Below, in pieces: positions 15,037 to 27,086 of a DNA stretch of 64,000 bases. Source of the stretch: Anaeramoeba ignava BMAN (taxonomy: Eukaryota; Protista; Anaeramoebae). The position numbers were made by a program, and so were the translations under genes. Within the stretch, counting starts at the first letter, position 1. Every line of letters begins with the position of its first letter. The notes beneath the pieces are model-generated. The model saw only the letters and a program-made list of their open reading frames with translations. It made no database searches and was not told the DNA's origin. The stretch covers positions 1,364,001 through 1,428,000 of the forward strand of contig JAPDFW010000070.1 in assembly GCA_028826165.1 (NCBI GenBank), read 5' to 3'.

Positions 15037-16130
15037 ATGAATTATTTTAATTTCAACGAACAAATCAATCTTTCTGAATCAAATGATTTTTTTCCACTTT
15101 TTTTTTCACAAGAATTGTTGAATTTTCCTTCTTTAAATCAAGAAGATGAGATATTTCCATTACCGATCATTGAACAACAACCTGAACTTACAGATTCAGA
15201 TTCAATTCCTTTTCATGAACAAACAAATTTTGAATTAAGCAACACATTAGATGAAATGAATTTTGAAGAATCAGAAACAACTAATTTAGATCCACTCACA
15301 ACATCTTTTGAATTATCACATTTTCTTTCAACTTCAATCGATCTTTCCGTTCTAAATGAATCAAATTCGAATATTTCAATTCTGGATGAAATTGGAAAAT
15401 CAATTGAAATTCCAAAAACAAATTCAAATTCAAAATCAAATTCAAATTCAAATCCAAATTCAAATTCAAATTCAAATTCAAATTCAAATTCAAATCCAAA
15501 TTCAAATTCAAATTCAAATTCAAATCCAAATTCAAATTCAAATTCAAATTCAAATCCAAATTCAAATTCAAATTCAAATTCAAATCCAAATTCAAATCCA
15601 AATTCCAAATTCAAATTCAAATCCAAATTCAAATCCAAATTCAAATTCAAATCCAAATTCAAATCCAAATCCAAATTCAAATCCAAATTCAAATCCAAAT
15701 TCAAATCCAAATTCAAATTCAAATTCAAATTCAAATTCAAATTCAAATAAATCCCAAGAAATATTATCTTCTTTTGGAATTATAGATGAAGAAACTAGAA
15801 AATTTTTTCAAGCTCATTCAAGATTTGGAGAAAGATTAGATAAAGATGGCTGAATTAAAACCAGAATTAATGATTGGATGGAAAAAATTCACTTTCCAAG
15901 ATTTTCGAAAAACAAAAATTTCACCAAAAAAAGTTAAAATTTCCAAAGATGCAGTTCTTTTTATTGCTCTTTGTTTAATTGATCCAAATTCTCCTAATTT
16001 TTTAAAAGATCTCAAAAGTAAGATCAAAACAACAAGAAGAGCTTTAAGTAGATTTTTAACAAAAACAATGGAAATGAAGAATTTACAACGTTACAATCAT
16101 GGTTATATGATTTGGGGAAAGAATATTTAA
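15037..16130 (+). CDS. Uncharacterised protein, paralog B: acidic/Phe-Leu-rich N-terminus, (NS/NP)n linker and the same C-terminal domain as paralog A
   Basis: 15779-16118 is nearly identical to 14293-14630. Apparent 1-nt frameshifts near 15605 and 15843. Confidence 0.65.
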
Positions 16131-16366
16131 ATATCCAAAAAAAAAATATAAAATTGTTTTTGTTTTTGATTTTGATTTTAGAATCTTTTTTTAATTAATA
16201 AATGTTTAAAAAAAAAAAATTAATTTAATCATTTTATATTTTCTCTTTTAAATAATTATTTTCTTTTAAATCATTTGGAAAGTTTTTTTAATTTGGATTA
16301 TTTTCCATTTTTATTATTAAATTTGGAAAAGAAAAAAAAATTGAATAAAAATTTTGCTTTTTAAAT

Positions 16367-19286
16367 TCATTTTTGATTTGGAAATCGATTTGAATTCTTT
16401 TTTTTGTTTTTTCTTATTTTCATAAATGATAATCCAAAAATAAAAAGGAAAGCTAACCATCCAAACTTATCCATTCTGTAAAGCATAATCAAAAAGAAAA
16501 TTGTTGAAAAAATTGACCTAAAAAAAAAGAATAAAGCAAAAAAAATATAAGAATTTATTTTTGATAAAAAATTAGTTAAAGATTTCAATTGAAAAAATTA
16601 CATCCAATCAAGACCTCCTTCTTTATTATGAATAGTTAATTTTATTGAAGATAATAAATCAGAGAAAGAATTTGGAAATTCGATTGAGAGAATTATTGCT
16701 TCTAATTTATTTTGTTCTGCTTCTCTTGAAGAAATAGTATGTACAAAATGACGTGAATATTTTCGTGTTAAAATTGAAGAATCATTTTGTAATGAATCTG
16801 ATTCTGAATCTGAATCTGATTCTGAATCTGTATTTGTAGTTGACTCTGATTCTGTATCTGTATCTGTATCTATATTTGTATAAGATTCATCTTCTCCACT
16901 ATCTTCACTATCTTGATTTTCTTGATTTTCTTGATTTTCTTGATTTTCTTGATTTTCTTGATTTTCTCCACTATCTTCAGTATCTCTTGAAGTTTCACTT
17001 TCTTCGTTAAGTTTTTCTTCAATTTCTTTTAATTTTAATTTTGATTTTGATTTTGATTTTGATTTTAATTTTAAATTTTAATTTTAATTTTAATTTTAAT
17101 TTTAATTTTAAATTTAATTTTAATTTTAATTTTAATTTAAATTAATTTTAATTTTAATTTTAATTTTAATTTTAATTTTAATTTTAATTTTAATTTTAAT
17201 TTTAATTTTAATTTTAATTTTAATTTTAATTTTAATTTTAATTTTAATTTAAATTTTAATTTTAATTTTAATTTTTAATTTTAATTTTAGAATACTTTTT
17301 GATTTTGTTTTAGAAGGTTTTAGATGTTTTGAATTATCCATTGATGACTTAGAAGTGAGAATCGAATCATTTTTCTGGTTTTCTTCTTGATTTTTTGAGT
17401 CATTTACAACAGTATTTTTTTCTTCTTTTCTTGGATCAACAATAACAGTATTTGATTCTTCTTTTCTTGGATCAATAATAATAGTATTTGATTCTTCTTT
17501 TCTTGGATCAATAATAATTGTATTTGATTCTTCTTTTCTTGGATCAGTTATAACAGTTTCTTTTTGTTCATTTGGAATTTTCTTAATTGTATCTGATTCT
17601 TTTGTATCCAATTTAGGTATTATTTCTTTATCCAATTCGGTTTTATTTTGTAATAATCCCATTTTTATTAGTTTTGCTTCCTTTTGTCTTTTGATTTCAT
17701 CTTTTACTTCTCTTACTAACATCGGTATCGTTTTGGGATTAATTTTCTTTTGTATAAATGGATGTTTTTTTAAATCATCAATTGATGCTCGTTTTTCTGG
17801 ATCTTTTACTAAACATTTTTTAAGGAAATCTTGAAATTCTTCTGAATATTTTTGTGGAAATTGAACTGATGGTGGATCTGCAGATGGAATAACATTTAAA
17901 ACCTAAAATAAATATTTAAATAAAATAAATATTAAATTAAATATTAAAATAAATATTAAAATAGATATTAAAATAAATATTAAAATAAATATTAAATTAA
18001 ATATTAATATAAATATTAAAATAAATATTAAAATAAATATTAATATAAATATTAAAATAAATATTAAAATAAATATTAAAAAAAATATTGAAATAAATAT
18101 TAAATTAAATATTAAAAAAAATATTAAAATAAATATTAATATAAATATTCAAATAAATATTAAAATAAATATTAAAATAAATATAAAAATAAATATTAAA
18201 AAATTAAATATTAAATATAAAATAAATATTAAATTAAATATAAAAATAAAATAAATTAAAAATAAAAAATTAAATAAAATAAATATTAAAATAAATATTA
18301 AAATAAATATTAAAATAAATATTAAATATAAATATTAAATTAAATATTAAAATAAATATTAAAATAAATATTAAATTAAATATTAATATAAATTACAGTC
18401 ATGCTTGGCTTATTAAAATAAGGAGGTTTTTTTTCAACAAATTCAATAGCAGTAATACCAAGTGACCAAACATCAACTTTTGCATCATAAGGTTTAGCTT
18501 GAATTAACTCTGGAGCCATCCAAAAAGCACTTCCAACAAAAGAAACAGTTTGATTAAACTCATCCAATTTTTTAGAAACACCAAAATCACCAAGTTTAAT
18601 TTCACCAGAATCAGTAACAAAAATATTACCAGCTTTAATATCACGATGAAGAATTTTTTGAGAATGAAGATAAGAAAGACCATCAATTGTTGATTTCAAA
18701 ACAGCTTGTGCTTGTTCTTCAGTTAATGGTTTTTTTATTTTTTTCATAATATCATGAATACTTCCTTGTGAACAATATTCCATTATAATCCATATTGATT
18801 CATCTTTTTTCACTGTTCCGTAATAAGATACAATTGTTGGATTTCTACAATCACGAAGAAGATTGATTTCATTTCTTAATTTATCAACCATATCAGATTG
18901 AATTGTCATTTCTTTAATTGCAACTTGTATTTTGGTTACTTTATGTTCTGCATGATATACTCTTCCAAATGCTCCTTGTCCAATAAATCTTTTGATTCGG
19001 AAATTATCAGATGTTTCATTTGTATCAATAAGTAAATCAATTGCTTTTGGAAATTAAAATTAAAATTAAAATTAAAATTGGAATTAAAATTAATTTGGAA
19101 TTTTTTTTAAAAAATACTTTTTTTTAAATTTTCTTCGTTTAAATTGTTTGTTTTTGTTTTTGTTTTTGTTTTTGGTTTTGTTTTTGTTTTTGTTTTTGTT
19201 TTTGTTTTTGAATTTGAATTCGGTTTTGAATTTGAATTCGGTTTTGATTTTGATTTTGATTTTACAACTTTCTTTTGTTCATCCAT
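16367..19286 (-). CDS. STE20-family (MST/GCK-like) Ser/Thr kinase with a C-terminal hydrophobic hairpin; about 5 exons
   Basis: IGQGAFGRVY, VAIK, WIIMEYC, HRDIKAGN, KLGDFG, GSAFWMAPE, DVWSLGITAIE. C-lobe exon at 17.9-17.3 kb. Last intron 16518-16601 leads to MSIFSTIFFLIMLYRMDKFGWLAFLFIFGLSFMK. Confidence 0.88.
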
Positions 19287-19369
19287 TTATTATTCCAACA
19301 ATTATTATTTTTTTTTTTTTTGGATTTAAGAAAAAAAAAATGAAAAAAAAAAGGAAAAATTTTTACTTT

Positions 19370-19690
19370 TTAATTTTGATTTTGATTTTAATGATTTTGA
19401 TTTTGATTTTAATTTTAATTTTGATTTTAATTTTGATTTTAATTTTGATTTTAATTTTAATTTTGATTTTGATTTTGATTTTGATTTTGATTTTGATTTT
19501 GATTTTGATTTTTGATTTTTGATTTTAATTTTGATTTTGATTTTGATTTTGATTTTGATTTTGATTTTGATTTTGATTTTGATTTTGATTTTGATTTTGA
19601 TTTTGATTTTGATTTTGATTTTAATTTTAATTTTAATTTTAATTTTAATTTTAATTTTGATTTTAATTTTAATTTTGATTTTGATTTTGA
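19370..19690. repeat. (GATTTT/AATTTT)n hexamer microsatellite between the kinase and RCC1-BTB genes
   Basis: Seen directly. Confidence 0.9.
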
Positions 19691-21501
19691 TTATTAAATT
19701 TGTTAATTAATAAATCAAATAAATTTGGATTTGTTTGATTTAATTGAAAATAATCAATTCCAGTTTTAATTTCATCAATGATTTCTTGAGTAATTTGAAT
19801 TCCTTTTTTAATTTGATTTGAATAAATCCAATATTCAAATATTTCAAATGATTTATCACTTAATTCACTATAATCTCTAACTTTATTAGATTTATCTTCA
19901 GTTACAGATAAAAACATTCCTCGATATAATTCACTTCTCATTATTAATATTAATTTAGGAAATTTATATTGTTTTTCTTTTCTTTCAATTATAAAATCTT
20001 TTTCATTTTCATTTTCATTTAAATAAATTCTTTTCATTGTTTCTTCAATTTTTTCATTTGAATTTATAATTTCTTTAATTTCAGAATATAATTTTGGATT
20101 TATAATTCTGTTTGAATAAATCATTTCAAATATTTGATTTGATTCTTTAATTGATTTTTTTGAAATAATTTCTTTAAGTTTTTCAATTTGATTTTGATTT
20201 TCATCTTTTAATCTATATTTCAATATTAATTTATGAGCTTCAATTATTTCTCCATTTTTGGTTTTAAATGAAATATTACAAAATTCTTTTCTTCTAAATA
20301 GTTTTATCAAATCTTCTTCAAGATTGGAAAAAGAAGAAAGAAAAGGAGAATAATAAAGAAATGATTTGTTAAATCCACAAGAAATATGATAATTAGAAAT
20401 ATTTTCATTAAATCTTAATTTAGGAAGTTCAATTTGAATTGGAATTTTTTGATCATCTGTATCTCCATTTCCTAATTGACCATATTCATTATGTCCAAAT
20501 CCTAAAAGTTTTCCTTTAGTGGTTAAAATCAAAATATGAGAATCTCCAACAGAAAAATCAAGAATAATATCATCATTTTCAAATAAAGATGATTTGATTT
20601 CAGTAAATTCATAAGTATGTTGATTTTTGCCAAGTCCATTATATCCATAATTTCCACATGAATAAAGTTTTCTTTTTGGATTTTCATTTTCATTTTCATC
20701 TTCTATTAGAATTATTGAGTAAGCAATTCCACATTGAATATCAATTATTCTGCCTTTTGGAATATTTTGGATTTTGGTTAATTTTTGGATTATTTGTTCA
20801 TGTCTTGATTTTCCTAATCCAAGTTGACCATATATATTAGAGCCGCATCCAAATAATTCTTGATTTGAATTTAAAATAAAAGTAGAACTTGAAGAATTTC
20901 CTGAAAATATTTTAGAAACATTTTTCATCATTAAAATTGGTTTTTCTGTTTGTTTAAGTGTTTCAGAATCAAAACCAAGTTGACCATCATAATTAGAACC
21001 AATTCCATAAACATTTTGATTTGAAGTTAATAAGTAAATTGAATATCTTCCAGAAACAATATCTTCAATTATTCTATCATTTTTATCTTCAATTAATGAT
21101 GAAATATTGATAAATTCATTTGGATTATTTGGATTAATTCCTTTGGCAAATACATTTCCTTTTATTGTTAAAATAGCTTCATTTGAAAAACCAACAGATA
21201 CTTTTTGAATATTTTCTTCAATTTGGATTTTTGAAGGATTTTGTTTTGAATCTTCTTCATTTAAATATTCTATTGCTTTTCCATTTTTAAAAAGGAAAAT
21301 TGTTGAAAAAAAGCTTGTTGAAATTTGTTTAATTTGTTTTTCATTTTCATTTTCATTTTCATTTTCATTTTCATTTTCATTTTCATTTTCATTTTCATTT
21401 TCAAATTTAAATTTAAATTGAATTGGTTTTGTTATTGAATATGTTTCATTTTTGAAAAGAATTGGTTCTTCATTTGAACCAAAAAATAAAATCTCATTCA
21501 T
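19669..21501 (-). CDS. RCC1-repeat plus BTB/POZ protein, intronless
   Basis: RCC1 repeats (GSNYDGQLG, GCGSNIYGQLGLG, GFGHNEYGQLGNG, FSVGDSH) followed by BTB-like EFCNISF..IEAHKLIL and LILIMRSELYRGMF..FEYWIYS. Likely start MNEILFFGS at 21501. Confidence 0.88.
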   Translation of the reverse strand: MNEILFFGSNEEPILFKNETYSITKPIQFKFKFENENENENENENENENENENEKQIKQISTSFFSTIFLFKNGKAIEYLNEEDSKQNPSKIQIEENIQKVSVGFSNEAILTIKGNVFAKGINPNNPNEFINISSLIEDKNDRIIEDIVSGRYSIYLLTSNQNVYGIGSNYDGQLGFDSETLKQTEKPILMMKNVSKIFSGNSSSSTFILNSNQELFGCGSNIYGQLGLGKSRHEQIIQKLTKIQNIPKGRIIDIQCGIAYSIILIEDENENENPKRKLYSCGNYGYNGLGKNQHTYEFTEIKSSLFENDDIILDFSVGDSHILILTTKGKLLGFGHNEYGQLGNGDTDDQKIPIQIELPKLRFNENISNYHISCGFNKSFLYYSPFLSSFSNLEEDLIKLFRRKEFCNISFKTKNGEIIEAHKLILKYRLKDENQNQIEKLKEIISKKSIKESNQIFEMIYSNRIINPKLYSEIKEIINSNEKIEETMKRIYLNENENEKDFIIERKEKQYKFPKLILIMRSELYRGMFLSVTEDKSNKVRDYSELSDKSFEIFEYWIYSNQIKKGIQITQEIIDEIKTGIDYFQLNQTNPNLFDLLINKFNNQNQNQN

Positions 21502-21681
21502 TTTTTGAAAAGAAAAAAATGAAAAAAAAAATAAATTCAAAATTTGATTTTTTTTTTATTTTTAATTTTGATTTTTAATTTGAAAAAGAATTGAAAAAGA
21601 AAAAGTCAAAAAAAAAATCGGAAAATTTCTTTTTTTTTTGATTTTGATTTTGATTTTGATTTTGATTTTGATTTCTCCAAT

Positions 21682-22008
21682 TTAACTTCTTTTTTGAGCA
21701 TGTTGAGTCAAAGCATGATTGCCTTTCAAATCACGGAAAACAACGAATTCATGTTCTTGTTCATTTCCATAAACATCAGTTCCTTTAATTTGAAATTTAT
21801 AATTTGTTCCGGCAACAACTTGTCTGTAAACTTTAATTACTTCAACTATTTGGAATCTAACATTTGCTTGTTTAGAAACCTCTGAAAGACCAAATTCATA
21901 CGCAATATTAATTGGTTCATCAAAATCTTGAACTTCCGACCAGCCACCAGCTAATTGGGAATTAATAGAACAGAAAAAGAAAAGAAATAAAATGAATAAA
22001 AATTTCAT
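21682..22008 (-). CDS. Secreted cystatin (cysteine protease inhibitor, I25)
   Basis: Signal peptide MKFLFILFLFFFCSINS, N-terminal LAGGW, QVVAG motif followed by TNYKF. Confidence 0.9.
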   Translation of the reverse strand: MKFLFILFLFFFCSINSQLAGGWSEVQDFDEPINIAYEFGLSEVSKQANVRFQIVEVIKVYRQVVAGTNYKFQIKGTDVYGNEQEHEFVVFRDLKGNHALTQHAQKRS

Positions 22009-22167
22009 TTTTAAAAAAAGAGAAATGAATAAAAAAATGAAAAATAAAAAATTAAAATAAAAAATATTTTCTCCTTTTGTTTTTTTATTTTTTCTTCTTT
22101 TTTTTTTTTAATTTTTTTTAATTTTTTTCCTTTTCATTTTTTTTCATTGTTTTTCATTGTTTTTTAA

Positions 22168-23034
22168 ATGATTAATTCTGTTAATCGTTTTTTAAGTGAA
22201 CTTCTATCTCAAAATTCCCAATTAGAAAATGAACTCCAACAAAAAAAATCACAATTTTTAAAACTTGAAACAAAAAATAAAAAACAAGAAGAAGAACTGT
22301 CAAAATTAGTAAGTCAAGACAGTTCTCAAACAACTAAGGATTTAATTGCAGAAACCAAAGAAATCGAAGAGAATTATCAAAAATCACAAAAACAAATTTC
22401 AAAACTTGAAGAAGAAATTGAAAAAATGAATTTACAAAATAAAACGCTTTCTGAAGATTTAGAAAAAAAAAGCCAATTATATTCTCAACTTCAAAAAGAA
22501 AACTCTTCAATAGAAGATTTTTTTGAAATGAATGAAAAATTACAAAGTCAAATTTCAACGGAAAAACAATTAAGTCTTCTTAACGCACAAAAAATAAAAG
22601 AAAAAACGGAAAAAAAGCAAAAAATCGAAAATCAAGTTGAAGAGATACAGAAAAAAATTCAGCAAGTAAAAGAACAACTTGAGCAAAAGAACCTTCAAGA
22701 AAAAGAAAATTTGAAAAATGTTTTGCAACTTTTTGACGAACTTGTTATTCAAGAAGATTCTTTAACGTCAAAATTAACTAATTTTCATCATCACCAACTT
22801 ACTCTCAAACAAATTGAAATGCTGCTTGTCAAAAAATCCCAAATTGATAAGTTAGATAAATCTGAATCTTCTTCTTTAGGATCTCTTATTGCCGAAATTA
22901 ATCGGTTAAAAGGTGAAAATGTTGTCTCTTCTTTGGAAAATGGTTCTTTTCTTGAAAATAAAAATTCTATCGATCAAATTAAATCTTCAATTTCAAAAAT
23001 TCAACAAGAAATTAATCAAAATTTGCAAAAGTGA
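22168..23034 (+). CDS. Coiled-coil hypothetical protein, 288 aa
   Basis: Single open frame with an ATG after an A-rich leader; Q/E/K heptads; no recognisable domain. Confidence 0.7.
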   Translation: MINSVNRFLSELLSQNSQLENELQQKKSQFLKLETKNKKQEEELSKLVSQDSSQTTKDLIAETKEIEENYQKSQKQISKLEEEIEKMNLQNKTLSEDLEKKSQLYSQLQKENSSIEDFFEMNEKLQSQISTEKQLSLLNAQKIKEKTEKKQKIENQVEEIQKKIQQVKEQLEQKNLQEKENLKNVLQLFDELVIQEDSLTSKLTNFHHHQLTLKQIEMLLVKKSQIDKLDKSESSSLGSLIAEINRLKGENVVSSLENGSFLENKNSIDQIKSSISKIQQEINQNLQK

Positions 23035-23201
23035 TCCATTTTTTCTTTTCTTTTTTCTTTTTTCTTTTCTCAAACATTTTTTTCTACAAAATAATAAAAA
23101 ATTGGATTTGAAAAAAATTTAATTTATTCCTTTTTAATTTTATTTGAATTTTATAATTTTTCGTTTAAAAAGAAAGAAGGAAAGAAAGAAAAGTTTTTTT
23201 T

Positions 23202-24864
23202 CTAATCATAATAACGAGGATCAACATTTGGATCATTTTCAACAAAATATTCTTCTTCTGTAAATCCAATGTTTTCTAAATTATTTGATTCTAATTTTGA
23301 ATTTGAATTTTGAATTTGAATTTAAATTTGAATTTTTTTTAATAGGAGTAGAATTTGTTCCAACATTCCAAATCCAAACTTTTTGCGGTTCATTGTTAAC
23401 AACACGAATTTCTTCCAAAATTCTTTGGTCTTGTGAGATGATTTTTTCAACGTAAAACCATAATTCAGAACTAATTTTCGATCTAGAATCAATTTGGGTT
23501 TGTTTTATTGTATCAACTACAACAAAAGGACGGACTTGTGAATCCACTTGCGCCTTGAAATATTCATGATACAATATGGTTGCGATATCTTTTGCAATGA
23601 TATTGGCTTCTTTGTGGAAGGTTTTGTTGATCTTTCTCCTTGTCAAGATTATCATCACAATCGAAATCAAAATGATTATGAAAATTATTATCAACTTATT
23701 ATTCCATATTAAATTCTGAAATCGGCATAAATTAAAGTAGGGAACTTTCGGGCGATATATCAAAAATTCCATTTCGTCACGACTTCCTGTTTCTTGTCTC
23801 GTTATTTCTTTAATTCTTCTTAAAGCACTTATAAATGCTTCCTCTGTGAAATTTTTTTTTATTGCAATATTCTCCTTTAAATAAAATGCATTTATTAATT
23901 TTGGTTGGAAATTGCATTCTAATAGTTTTGTGGGATATTCTTTTTTGAGAAATTTTTCAATTTCGTGTTGAATTTGCCGATTTAATTCATAATCTAATTC
24001 GCATCGATCTTCAATTTGTAAATATCCAGTCTTACAAGTTAATTTTGATTTAAAACAAATTCCATTTTCAGGACAAGCTATACATTTACGTTTTTGAGAT
24101 TTTGGATCGATTCCAGTGTCACAAAAGGGAGTTTTGATAAAGTATTTTTTATAGAGATAATAAACTAAAAATGTGAAAAATATTGTGATCAGAATTGATT
24201 TTACATTTGATTGAAAAAAATCAACAATTTCATTTGTTTGTTGTTTTTTTTTGCTTTTTATTTTTGAGATTGATTGTCTATTGGCACTCTTTAGTGGGTA
24301 TTTGTTTACAAATTGATTTTGATTTTGATTTAAATTTTGAAATTGATTTTGATTTAAATTTTGAAATTGATTTTGATTTTGATTTAAATTTTGTTTTAAA
24401 TTTAAATTTTGATTTAGATTTAAATTTTGATTTCGATTTAAATTTTGATTTTTGAATTGTGAGTAATTCAAAGCAAGTTGTGGTTGTGTTGAAATAAGTC
24501 TTTGCTGTGAATTTCTTTGCAGTTTTTGCTGAAAATTGTTGTTGCTTTTTTGTATGTAATTTGGAGTTGTTTTTTTTTTAATTCGAAGTGGATCTGGTTC
24601 AGTTGATTGATTTTCTGGAATATTTTTATTAAATTGTTGCAGAAAAATATTTGTGTTTCGATTATTTGAAATTGTTTTTTGTGTCTTTTTTGGTTGTTGA
24701 GTTTTTGAAATGTAGGGATGATTTAATAAAGGAAATGAATTATCATCAGAATCAGAATCAAAATTATTGTTATTATTATTATTGTTATTGTTATTATTGT
24801 TATTTTGAAAATAATTAACGTTTGTTATTGGAGATTTTCTCCCACTTTTTCTTTTATTACTCAT
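23202..24864 (-). CDS. Man1/Src1 (MSC-domain) inner nuclear membrane protein
   Basis: TM1, luminal CIACPENGICFKSKLTCKTGY..RC, TM2, then winged-helix WFYVEKIISQDQRI..KVWIW. A frameshift near 23300 extends the C-terminus to TAG at 23202-23204. Confidence 0.8.
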
Positions 24865-25084
24865 TTTATAATTTTTAAATTAAATTTTTTCTTTCTTTCT
24901 TTTACAAAAAAATGAAAAAATGAAAAAATGAAAAAATGAAAAAATGAAAAATAATTTTTTCCGAATTCAAGCAAAATTTTATTCTTGATTTTTTTTTTAA
25001 AAAATGAAAAAAAGAAAGAATGAAGAATGAAGAATAAAAAAAAAAGGTAATAGATATTCATTTTTCATTTAAATGGAGTTTTCT

Positions 25085-26700
25085 TTATGCTATGCTTACT
25101 ATTGCTTGAATCATTGAACAACAACAACATATTCCCATAATTACCATAAAAGCTATTCCTCCTCCTGTAATAGATGGAAGGTCATATAAAACATCTCCAT
25201 AATTTTTCTTATTGTAATAACATTTATGATATTGGGGTGGTGTTGCATCTCCCTATTATAAAAATATTAAATTTTTGAATTAATTTTTATATTTATATTT
25301 ATATTTATATTTATATTTATATTTATAATTATATTTATATTTAAATTTATATTTATATTTATATTTATATTTATATTTATATTTATATTTATATTTATAT
25401 TTATATTTATATTTATATTTATATTTATATTTATATTTATATTTATATTTCTATTTATATTTCTATTTATATTTATATTTTATATTTATATTTATATTTT
25501 ATATTTATATTTATATTTATATTTATATTTATATTTAAATTTATATTTATATTTATATTTATATTTATATTTTATTTTTATATTTATTTATATTATATTT
25601 ATATTTTTATATTTATATTTTCTATTTTATATTTATATTTATATTTATATTTATATTTATATTTATATTTATATTTATATTTTATATTTATATTTATATT
25701 TATTTTCATTTCTATTTCTATTTCTATTTCTATTTTATTTCTATTTTCTATTTCTATTTCTGTTTATTTCTATATTTATATTTATATTTATTTAGATTTT
25801 ATATTTATGTTTATGTTTATATTTTAGTATTTATATTTATATTTATATTTATATTTATATTTATATTTATATTTTATATTTATTTTATTATTTTATATTT
25901 ATATTTATATTTATATTTATATTTTATATTTTTATTTTTTTATTTATTTTATATTTATATTTATATTTATATTTTATATTTTATTTTTATTTTATATTTC
26001 TATATTTTATTTTTATTTATATTTATATTTTATTTATTTTATTATTTATATTTATATTTATATTTATATTTATATTTATATTTATATTTATATTTATATT
26101 TATATTTATATTTATATTTATATTTATATTTATATTTATATTTCTATCTATATTTATATTTATTTTTATATTTATATTTATATTTATATTTATATTGATA
26201 TTTCTATTTATATTTCTAAATCTGAATAAAAATTTTGTTTTACAGAAGCAATTTTTTCAAAAAGTTTTTCAGCATCACTTAAATCACTTGAAGGTCTATC
26301 ATAACTTTTATCTAAATTAATATCTAAATTAATACCATCTGGACGATAATAAAAATCAACCTTTTTATTATTTTTATTATTTTATTATTTTAATTATTTT
26401 TGTTATTTTAATTATTTCAATTTTTGTTATTTTAATTAAAAAAAATAAACAAATTTACTGAATATTTACTCGACGTCCTGCTAACAGAAGTTATTGTACA
26501 TGTGGAATCCGATTTCTTTCTTTTTACTGCTGGTACAATTCCAAAGAAAACAACCTGAAAATAATAAGCAAAATAAAAATAAAATTTTTTTATTATTTTT
26601 CTCTTATTTTCTTTTTAGATTTGCTTTTTTTTTCCCTTACAACTAAAATGAAACCAATTAAAAGAACCCAAAATCGACAACAAGCTCCAACTTTTGACAT
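25085..26700 (-). CDS. Small two-TM protein (146 aa), 4 exons; absent from the ORF track
   Basis: Exons 26700-26641, 26554-26459, 26360-26244 and 25252-25085, all phase-0 GT-AG, give [76 protein letters not shown]. Confidence 0.8.
25270..26220. repeat. (TATATT)n intronic microsatellite
   Basis: Seen directly; lies in intron 3 of the 2-TM gene. Confidence 0.9.
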
Positions 26701-27086
26701 AAAAATTAATCAAGAAAAAAACAGAATCAAATAAAAAATTAATAAAAAATTAATAAAAAAAAAATGAAAAATTAAAAATCAAAAAAATAATTAAAAAGAA
26801 AAAAAAAAAAGGAGAAAACATTTTAAAATAAAATAAATAAAGCAAATAAAATCAGAATTTAATTTCAAATGTTTTTTCATTTTATTTTTCAAATTTTTTT
26901 TTCATTTTTTTTTCATTTTTTTTCATTTTCTTCTTTTATTTTTCTTCTTTTATTTTTTAACATTCAAAACAAATTGCACAATTCTTTTTAAAAATTTTGC
27001 TTTTTTTTTCATTTCAAAAAATCAAAAAAAATTTTTACACATTAATACAAAAATAAAGCAAATATAAAGAAAATAAATATAAAAAA

